64,000 bases of DNA, from assembly GCF_030651625.1 (NCBI RefSeq), contig NZ_JAUSCF010000020.1, positions 71,694 through 135,693 on the forward strand. Reading direction: 5' to 3'. This DNA is from Hydrogenophaga sp. (GTDB lineage: Bacteria; Pseudomonadota; Gammaproteobacteria; Burkholderiales; Burkholderiaceae_C). The translations under genes and the position numbers were made by a program. The notes beneath the pieces are model-generated. The model had not been told where the DNA came from, did no database searches, and saw only the letters and a list, made by a program, of their open reading frames with translations. Positions 28,776 to 35,744 of this stretch are shown here, one piece after another (the stretch's first letter is position 1; each line of letters starts with the position of its first letter).

Positions 28776-30086
28776 TTGAGCAATCCGCGTGTTCCTGCGC
28801 CAGATCCTGCGCTGGGCGGCCCGGGTTCGCCGCAGCAGGTGCCGCCGCCATCGGGCAGTTTCCCGATCGACCCGGCGACCCTGCCCGAAGCGATCCGGGA
28901 CGAGTTGTTGGCGCCCGATCCGGTCGCCATCGACACATCCGCAGAAGAACTCAAGGACGGCCTGAACCGCTGCCCGAAATGCGGTGCGACCGACATTCGG
29001 CACAAACCTGGCACCGACCTGCTGGTGTGCCTGTACTGCCGCAACGAATGGCACGGTGAGCGGGTCGAGGAACTGTTCGGTTTCGGCGAAGGTATCGACC
29101 AGCTCAGGGACACGGTGGTTGCGTCCGGTGCCCAGGACATCGCAGCCGATGCCGCCAGTCTGATGAGCTTCAAGTGCGCGGGCTGCGGGGCCGAGGTGAC
29201 GGTCAACACCGAAAGTGCGATGACCGCGCGTTGCCACTGGTGCCGGCATGTTTTTGGTGTCAACGAACAGGTGGCCAACGGTGCGGTGCCCGACGCCATA
29301 TTGCCCTTTCACATCAAAAAGGACGACGCGGTTGCGCGCATCCGTCAGTTCGTGGACAAGCGGCGCCTGTTTGCGCTCAAGGCCTTCAAGGAACAATTCA
29401 CGCCCGACAACGTCACCTGCGTCTACCTGCCATACATGATCGTGGATGCCAACGCGAGCGCTGACGTCGCCGGAAAGGCCGAGATCGAGACGCGCCGCTA
29501 CACCCGGGGCAGAGGCAAAGACAAGAAGACCTATTACGACGCCGACGTCTATCAGGTGCAGCGGCATGTGAATTTCATCGTGGACGACCTTCCAATGGAG
29601 TCCACCGCCCATCGCCGCAACCTCGACACGCGCACCAACACCAACAACATCATCAACACGATCCTACCGTTCGACACCAAGAACGCGGTGAAGTGGAACG
29701 CGTCCTATCTGGTCGGCGTCACGTCAGAGAAGCGCAATCTGGATGTGGCGCACCTGCGCCCGCATCTGGAAGACCAGTTGCTGTCGATCGCCCGCGCCCA
29801 GGTCGTTGCATCCGCGAGCCGCTACGACCGTGGCGTGCGCTGGGAGCAGGAACAACTCAGCGTGCACGGCACGCGCTGGGTGTCAATGTACTTGCCCGTG
29901 TGGTTGTATTCGTACCACCAGCCGGGCAAAAACGGCGGCCTCCTGCACTACATCGCGGTGAATGGTCGCACCGGCGAGACCATGGGCAGCGTGCCGGTGC
30001 AACAGTGGAAGCTGCTGACGGTGGCCATCACCGTTGGCACCTTCCTTGAGGGCATTGCCCTGTGGATCATAGGGAATTCGTCATGA
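28776..30086 (+). CDS. double zinc-ribbon membrane protein (YdjG / TFIIB-type zinc-ribbon-like)
   Basis: 436 aa. Pro-rich N-terminus. Two ribbons: CPKCG-x17-CLYC and CAGCG-x16-CHWC. Conserved-looking YLPVWLYSY...IAVNGRTGE. C-terminal TM helix LLTVAITVGTFLEGIALWII. TTG start after an ACGGAG RBS. Confidence 0.7.
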   Translation: MSNPRVPAPDPALGGPGSPQQVPPPSGSFPIDPATLPEAIRDELLAPDPVAIDTSAEELKDGLNRCPKCGATDIRHKPGTDLLVCLYCRNEWHGERVEELFGFGEGIDQLRDTVVASGAQDIAADAASLMSFKCAGCGAEVTVNTESAMTARCHWCRHVFGVNEQVANGAVPDAILPFHIKKDDAVARIRQFVDKRRLFALKAFKEQFTPDNVTCVYLPYMIVDANASADVAGKAEIETRRYTRGRGKDKKTYYDADVYQVQRHVNFIVDDLPMESTAHRRNLDTRTNTNNIINTILPFDTKNAVKWNASYLVGVTSEKRNLDVAHLRPHLEDQLLSIARAQVVASASRYDRGVRWEQEQLSVHGTRWVSMYLPVWLYSYHQPGKNGGLLHYIAVNGRTGETMGSVPVQQWKLLTVAITVGTFLEGIALWIIGNSS

Positions 30087-30349
30087 ACGACGACGGCGGA
30101 CTGTGGCTGCTGCTGCTGGGGCCGGCCGGTGCAACCGCGCTGTATTGGGCCTTGTACCGGTATTACCGCAACACCGACAAATCGCACGCCTTTGAATACG
30201 AAACCACCGTCAAGGCGGAGCCCGTGACCGGTTCAGATCACAAGGTCAATGAGGTCAGGGGCACGCAACAGCCACGTATCTCTGGAGACAACCTGCGTGA
30301 TTACCGCAAGCGCGTGCAGCGCATCCCGAGCGGTGACCCTACCCGTTAG
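30083..30349 (+). CDS. small single-pass membrane protein
   Basis: 88 aa. ATGA overlap with the upstream stop. TM helix LWLLLLGPAGATALYWALY followed by a charged tail. Confidence 0.5.
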   Translation: MNDDGGLWLLLLGPAGATALYWALYRYYRNTDKSHAFEYETTVKAEPVTGSDHKVNEVRGTQQPRISGDNLRDYRKRVQRIPSGDPTR

Positions 30350-30356
30350 CGTTTCC

Positions 30357-32138
30357 TTATTGACCTGACGTCACGGGCGCATTGTTTCCATGCGGTTCCG
30401 CGAGGCGACGACCCGTGCTGGTGCCACGAATCGATCTCTCCCATACATGACGAACAATCAGAATCTGCGCCACGTAGTAGGTCGTCAGCACCCACACCTG
30501 AGCCATGGGCAGCGGCGACACAAACCTGTTCACCGCCAGCAGCGCATCGCTCAGCATGAAGAAACCCGCGCCCAGTGCCACACCCACGGCTGCGCCGCTG
30601 CGCAACACGGTGGCGCGGCCGATGGCCTGGGCGGCCATGATCGCGATCACCGCCACGTAGACCGCCACCGGCACCCGCAGCGCAGTGGGCAGGCCGCCCT
30701 GCCAGAGGAAGGCGTACATCGCCGCGCCGATGCCGAGCGTGGCGACGAGTGCCCGCTGGCTTGGGAACCACGGTGTGTCCTGGCGGAACAGCGCGATATA
30801 GGCCAGGTGCGCCAGCAGGAATGCCACCAGCCCCGGCACGAAGTAGCCCGGGAACATCAGGAACACGTCACCAGCCAGACTCAGCGCCAGCGCGCCGAGC
30901 AGCAACACAGTGCCCAGGCTGCGCCTTTGTGCGGCTTCCGTGCGCGCAACCACCACCGCCATGGCCAGCACCATGGTCAGGGGTTTGAAGACACGGTGCA
31001 GATCCACATAGCCTAGCGCCGCAGTGGCCGTGGACAAGGCCGCTGCCTGCACCAGCAGGACTTCCAGCATGGAAAGCCGGCCTTCCATGACCGCTCCAAT
31101 GGCCCACAGCGACACCAGCAGCACGACGAACACCACGGCGCTTTGCGACAGCGGCCAGGCGTCGGCCACCCATAGGAAAGCCGCCACGCCCGCCAGCAGC
31201 AGTGCAAACTGCACCGCCGCAAACAGCTGCACGCCGCGTGACATGGGCGGCGCGTAGCGCTGCACCTGGGTCAGGTCAAAGGCAGGCGAAGGAAAGCGCG
31301 CCGCCACATCGGCCGGGCGCCAGCCGGGCGGCTTGAACCACACGCGCAGCTTGTCGGCCCAGTTCTTGGTGTGCCACGAATCCTTGAGCAGGCCCCAGTA
31401 GACCTCGGTGTTGGCCCACAGCGGGTTCCAGCTGTTCAGGGGTTTGCGTGTGCCGTAAACACAGGGCTCGTCTTCTTCCTTGAAGCTGCCGAACAGCCGG
31501 TCCCATACGATGAGGATGCCGCCGTAGTTGCGATCCAGGTAGCGGTCGTTCACGGCGTGGTGCACGCGGTGGTTGGATGGGCTGCAGAACCAGCGGTCGA
31601 ACCAGCCCAGCTTTTTGACCTGTTCGGTGTGCACCCAGAACTGGTAGAGCAGGTCGATGAGCGCGACCACGCCGAACACCAGCGGCGGCACACCGGCCAG
31701 GGCCATGGGCAGGTAGAACACCCAGCCCAGCAGTGCGCCAGAACTGGTCTGGCGCAGCGCGGTGGAGAGGTTGTAGTCCTGGCTCTGGTGGTGCACCACG
31801 TGGGCGGCCCAGAAGATGGCGCTCTCGTGGCCGGCGCGGTGCAGCCAGTAGTAGCAGAAGTCGTAGAACACCAGGGCGACCAGCCAGCCCATCCAGGTGG
31901 TCCAGAACGGGTGGTCGGGCCAGATGGCCACCGCCGAGTACACGGCGGTGTAAATGCCCACGCGCAGCAGCCGGGTGAACACCGCGCTGATCTGGCTGAG
32001 CATGCCCAGACCGATGCTGCTGATGGCGTCGTCCAGGCGGTAGGTGTTGCGCCGGCGCTTGAGGCCGATGGCGTATTCGACCGCGATGAGCACAAAGAAG
32101 ACCGGCGTGGCCAGGACGATGATCTGGCTGGGGCTCAT
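30357..32138 (-). CDS. fusion protein: fatty acid hydroxylase/sterol desaturase-family di-iron oxygenase (N) + YhhN-family (lysoplasmalogenase-like) domain (C)
   Basis: 593 aa from ATG 32138. His boxes HRAGHE, HVVHH and HRVHH in the N half. The C half is polytopic with YhhN-like motifs (LAGDVFLM, VAFLLAHLAYI, FFMLSDALLA). Confidence 0.75.
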   Translation of the reverse strand: MSPSQIIVLATPVFFVLIAVEYAIGLKRRRNTYRLDDAISSIGLGMLSQISAVFTRLLRVGIYTAVYSAVAIWPDHPFWTTWMGWLVALVFYDFCYYWLHRAGHESAIFWAAHVVHHQSQDYNLSTALRQTSSGALLGWVFYLPMALAGVPPLVFGVVALIDLLYQFWVHTEQVKKLGWFDRWFCSPSNHRVHHAVNDRYLDRNYGGILIVWDRLFGSFKEEDEPCVYGTRKPLNSWNPLWANTEVYWGLLKDSWHTKNWADKLRVWFKPPGWRPADVAARFPSPAFDLTQVQRYAPPMSRGVQLFAAVQFALLLAGVAAFLWVADAWPLSQSAVVFVVLLVSLWAIGAVMEGRLSMLEVLLVQAAALSTATAALGYVDLHRVFKPLTMVLAMAVVVARTEAAQRRSLGTVLLLGALALSLAGDVFLMFPGYFVPGLVAFLLAHLAYIALFRQDTPWFPSQRALVATLGIGAAMYAFLWQGGLPTALRVPVAVYVAVIAIMAAQAIGRATVLRSGAAVGVALGAGFFMLSDALLAVNRFVSPLPMAQVWVLTTYYVAQILIVRHVWERSIRGTSTGRRLAEPHGNNAPVTSGQ

Positions 32139-32257
32139 GGGCGGTTGCAGGTTGCGGTGGCTGGCATGCGCGCATTGTGGCCAAAAGGCGGGTGGCGTGG
32201 GCTCGGCATCTACCCGCATGTCTGGAGGGTGCGCGCAAGGCCGTGCCAGAATTCGGC

Positions 32258-33433
32258 ATGCCCGCGTCGCCGCCCCTTGAAGACCATTCCACCATTCGTC
32301 TGGCCCAGGCCGCTGCCAGCAACCCCACCGCTGCCCTGTACCGGGCAGCGCTCGGGTCGGTGAGCACACAGCGCTACCTGGCACTGTTCGAACGGTTCGA
32401 TGCGGCTGGCCGCGCCAGCCTGGTGTGGAACCCGGCGGCCGGTCTGTGCACCCTGAACTGGATGGCGTTTCGCGGCCTGTGGGGCGCGGCCCTGGTGTAC
32501 CTGGCCGCTGCAGAAGGGCTGGCGATCCTGACGTTCGGGCTGGGTCGGCACCTTCAGTGGCCCACTGGCGTGGAAATCGGGGTGCTGGGCTCGCTGCTGA
32601 TGCTGAGCATCCTGGTGCCGGGTCTGTATGGCAACGCCTTGCTGCACGCCGATATTCGCCGCCGCATGGCCAGCGCCGTGACGGATGCCCACACGGTGAG
32701 CGAGGCCTGCGAGGCGCTGGAACGGCAGGCGCCGACACAGCGGCGCCTGAAGGCGTTCCTGCTGGGCAATGCCTTGCTGGGGGTGCTGTTGCTAGCAGTG
32801 GGAGCGTTCATCTGGGCATCCGAACCCCCTGGAGCCGATGCCCCGACGGCAAAAGAAACCGGGCAGGTGCAGGACCAGGTCACGGTACCGGTGGCACCTG
32901 TGCCGCCGGCAACAGTGGGTGCGCCGCTGAAGGCTGAGTCGAACCCGCCGGGCACACCTGCGTCACCCGTCGCACCGGTGGAGGCTCAACCATCGGCCGT
33001 GCCCGTGTCTGAGCCGCCAGTGGAAAGACCCGCTGTCCCGCCCTTGCCTGAGCAGACCCTCACCGCAGCACCCGCTGAATCGCCCCCGGCCGTGCTTTCC
33101 GCCCCTGTACCGAAGCCCTTGCCTCCGCCGCGCGCAGCGGCGCCCGCATCAGAGCCGAGGCCCGCAAGCCCGCCGCCGCCCATCCTCGTCAAACCCGCAC
33201 CACCTGTGAGCCATGGCATCAACGTCGGTCTGTTCGCCGAAGAGACCAACGCCATCAAGGTGCATGCCCAACTCATCGAAGCCGGTTTGCCCGCCACCAT
33301 GCAGACCGTAGAAGGCACACGCGGGCCCCGTACCCGGGTGCGCGCCGGCCCGTTCCCCGATCGGGCCTCGGCCGACGCCGCCGCGCAACGCATTCGGGCG
33401 ATGGGGCTGGAGGCGCAGATTTATCGTCAGTGA
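32258..33433 (+). CDS. membrane protein with DUF2628-like N-domain, Pro-rich linker and C-terminal SPOR (peptidoglycan-binding) domain
   Basis: Inner ATG 32258. N-domain WNPAAGLCTLNWMAFRGLWGAALVYL, a P/A/V-rich linker, and a C-terminal SPOR-like GINVGLFAEETNAIKVHAQL...RVRAGPFPDRASADAA. Confidence 0.65.
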   Translation: MPASPPLEDHSTIRLAQAAASNPTAALYRAALGSVSTQRYLALFERFDAAGRASLVWNPAAGLCTLNWMAFRGLWGAALVYLAAAEGLAILTFGLGRHLQWPTGVEIGVLGSLLMLSILVPGLYGNALLHADIRRRMASAVTDAHTVSEACEALERQAPTQRRLKAFLLGNALLGVLLLAVGAFIWASEPPGADAPTAKETGQVQDQVTVPVAPVPPATVGAPLKAESNPPGTPASPVAPVEAQPSAVPVSEPPVERPAVPPLPEQTLTAAPAESPPAVLSAPVPKPLPPPRAAAPASEPRPASPPPPILVKPAPPVSHGINVGLFAEETNAIKVHAQLIEAGLPATMQTVEGTRGPRTRVRAGPFPDRASADAAAQRIRAMGLEAQIYRQ

Positions 33434-33506
33434 TTGCCTGGTGGATGTGTTCGGTGTGCCTTCGGACAGCAAACCCGATGATGTTGATGAGGCGTTGCTT
33501 CTGGCG

Positions 33507-33674
33507 GGCCCCTCACCCCAGCCCTCTCCCCAGAGGGGCGAGGGGGTAGGGCACCGCGCTCACGAATGGTGGCGGAGCGAGAGCTGGCCATCCAGTGCAC
33601 CCGTGGAACCGGCTTTGCAGGGCCACTGGGTGCGCCCCCCTTCCAGGGGGTGACGCCGAAGGCGGCGCGGGGGG
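33507..33674 (-). repeat. GC-rich REP-like intergenic element, copy 1 (inverted orientation)
   Basis: Contains ggggggtgacgccgaaggcggcgcgggggg, the reverse complement of the family core ccccccgcgccgccttcggcgtcacccccc. Also has a ccggttccacgg...ctggatgg tail homologous to the copy at 51141, and an extra hairpin cccctcacccc...ggggcgagggg. Confidence 0.75.
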
Positions 33675-34844
33675 TCAACCTGTACAGCCGCGCGCATCCA
33701 CCCGAATGACCCGCTCCACCACACCCGCAGCCAGACCCCCACGCACCCCGACCATGTAATCGTGCAGGTTCACCGTGGGGTCGCAATGGCCCGGCACCAG
33801 CCACACGGTCTCGCCCAGCGCAGGCAAATCCCCGAGACTCCCGGTGCTGCGCAACACGCCATGCTCATCGCCCCCATTGGCGAAGCTCAAGCCGTCGGGG
33901 AACGCGACCGTGGGCAGGCCGCTGTCGATGGCGTGGCTCTTGTGGCCGGCGTCGCAGACCGCGTGCGCCGCGCTGCGACTGATCACCTGCGACTTCACGA
34001 ACAAGGCATGTTCAAACACCGGCGCGCCTGGCGTGACGCTGTTGGCGGCGTAGTCGGCGTCCATGAACAGGTAGGACCCACATTGCAGCTCGCCCCAGAT
34101 GCCGCTGCCGGCCTCGTTCAGGAATGTGCCGGTGCCGGAACCGGTCACAAGGGCGACTTCAAAACCCTGCGCTGCCAGGGCCTGCCGGGTCAGGGTCACC
34201 GCCTGGGTTGCCTCTTGCACCGACCTCGTGCGCTGGTCCGGGTCCCGCTGGTGCTGGGCACTGCCGTGGTAGGCCTGAAGCCCCGCGAAACGCAGCACCG
34301 GATGGCTGGCCAGGCGCTGAGCCAGCGCCACGGCCGCATCCCCCGGTGGCAGGCCGCAACGACCATGGCCCACGTCGATCTCGATGAACACGTCCATGGC
34401 GGCGGGCTGATCCACACCCGTATCGGCCAGCGCATGCGCCAGTGCGTCAATGCCCTGCGCGCTGTCCACAGCGATGGCGAACCGGGTGCGACAGGTCCGT
34501 ATCGCCTCGGCCAGCCGCTGCAGCTTGGCCGGTGCGATCACTTCGTTGCTGATGTAGATGTCACTCACGCCGCCCCGCGCCAGGGCCAGTGCTTCGTCGG
34601 TCTTCTGCACGCACACGCCCACGGCGCCATGCGCCATCTGCAGCAGCGCCAGCTCTGTGCTCTTGTACATCTTGGCGTGGGGCCGCAGGCGCAGGCCGTG
34701 CGTCTGGGCGAAATCGGCCATGCGGGCGAGGTTGCGGTCCATGGCGTCGAGGTCGATGACCAGCGCAGGTGTGTCCACCATCGCCACGCCGTGGCCGACC
34801 CATTCCTCGGCACGATGCCAGCGTTCGGTTGAAAAGGGTGTCAT
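33675..34844 (-). CDS. DSD1-family PLP enzyme (D-serine dehydratase / D-threonine aldolase-like, alanine racemase N-fold)
   Basis: Inner ATG 34844. PLP-lysine region LRLRPHAKMYKS, then TPALVIDLDAMDRNL at the N-terminus. Confidence 0.75.
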   Translation of the reverse strand: MTPFSTERWHRAEEWVGHGVAMVDTPALVIDLDAMDRNLARMADFAQTHGLRLRPHAKMYKSTELALLQMAHGAVGVCVQKTDEALALARGGVSDIYISNEVIAPAKLQRLAEAIRTCRTRFAIAVDSAQGIDALAHALADTGVDQPAAMDVFIEIDVGHGRCGLPPGDAAVALAQRLASHPVLRFAGLQAYHGSAQHQRDPDQRTRSVQEATQAVTLTRQALAAQGFEVALVTGSGTGTFLNEAGSGIWGELQCGSYLFMDADYAANSVTPGAPVFEHALFVKSQVISRSAAHAVCDAGHKSHAIDSGLPTVAFPDGLSFANGGDEHGVLRSTGSLGDLPALGETVWLVPGHCDPTVNLHDYMVGVRGGLAAGVVERVIRVDARGCTG

Positions 34845-34881
34845 GGATGGAAAAGGACTCGCAAAGTGGAACGGGAGTTCA

Positions 34882-35526
34882 TCAGTGTTCGTCCAGCGTC
34901 TGTGTGCCATCGGCACTTTGCAGGTGGGTGGTGTCGGCCCAGCCCACCAGGCTTAGGCCTTCGGGTGACCAGAGCAGGCGGTTGATGGCGGTGTTGGGCA
35001 GTTCCCAGCTGCGGGGGGCCTGCAGTTCGAGTCGGGTGGCGGCCCGGTAGAGGATGTCGAGTACGCCGCCGTGCGCCACCATCAGCACCTGTTCGCCCGG
35101 ATGCCTTGCCGCCAGCTCCGTGACGGTTTGCACCACGCGTTCGCGCAGTTGCAGCAGCGATTCGCCGCCGGGCGGGGAAAAATCGGGCACGCGCTTTCTC
35201 CATGCCATGCTCTCTTGCGGCCAGCGGGCTTCCAGTTCGGCCCAGGTGTGGCCTTCATAGCGCCCAAAACAGCGCTCGCGCAGGCCGACGTGGGTATTCA
35301 CCTCCTTGCCGTGCGCGCGGGCCACAGCCTGGGCCGTTTCCAGCGCTCGCTGAAGATCGCTGGCGTAGAAGGCGGTAATCGGTTCGTCGGCCAGCGCCTG
35401 GGCCAGCCGGGCCGCCTGCCATTGACCGTGCGGGTTGAGGGCGATGTCGGTGTGGCCCTGGATGCGCGTGTCGCGGTTCCAGGTGGTTTCGCCATGGCGC
35501 ACGGCCAGAATGCGGGTGACTTGCAA
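34882..35526 (-). CDS. histidine phosphatase family protein (phosphoglycerate mutase-like)
   Basis: The RHGETTWN catalytic motif lies close to the N-terminus. I chose the TTG 35526 start behind an AAGGAA RBS; the track ORF extends to 35688. Confidence 0.8.
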   Translation of the reverse strand: MQVTRILAVRHGETTWNRDTRIQGHTDIALNPHGQWQAARLAQALADEPITAFYASDLQRALETAQAVARAHGKEVNTHVGLRERCFGRYEGHTWAELEARWPQESMAWRKRVPDFSPPGGESLLQLRERVVQTVTELAARHPGEQVLMVAHGGVLDILYRAATRLELQAPRSWELPNTAINRLLWSPEGLSLVGWADTTHLQSADGTQTLDEH

Positions 35527-35744
35527 AACGGGGTTCCTTGCTTCGAACGGGGCTTCCGCACACTGTAGCGCCTTGGGTGGTGGGAGCCAATGTCTTGATT
35601 GTTTTCTCCTGCGAATGATGGATGGGTGATCCCGAATAAATGCGGACAGGCGTGTGTGGTGGAGCCTGCGCACCCGTTGAATTGCCATTGGTTCACGCCC
35701 CAGATCGGTCGCACGAACCGGATGCTTTGCTCCACAATCTCGCC

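Noticed and set aside
27570-29612. 680-aa ORF antisense to the SPFH and zinc-ribbon genes.
   Set aside because: It is a shadow ORF. The sense-strand products have clear domain features, while the antisense product is R/G/H/V-rich low-complexity sequence.
32139-32738. 200-aa N-terminal extension of the hydroxylase-YhhN ORF (the track start is 32738).
   Set aside because: The extension is Pro/Arg/Gly-rich and overlaps the divergent SPOR-protein gene. The protein family pattern begins at MSPSQIIVLATPVFF (ATG 32138).
33441-33653. Small ORFs translating REP-like elements (for example ...SPQPSPQRGEGV...). Similar ones occur at 48387-48620, 51138-51461 and 53378-53842.
   Set aside because: Their peptide similarity is explained by the repeated DNA. 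They overlap the ends of neighbouring genes and lack translation signals.
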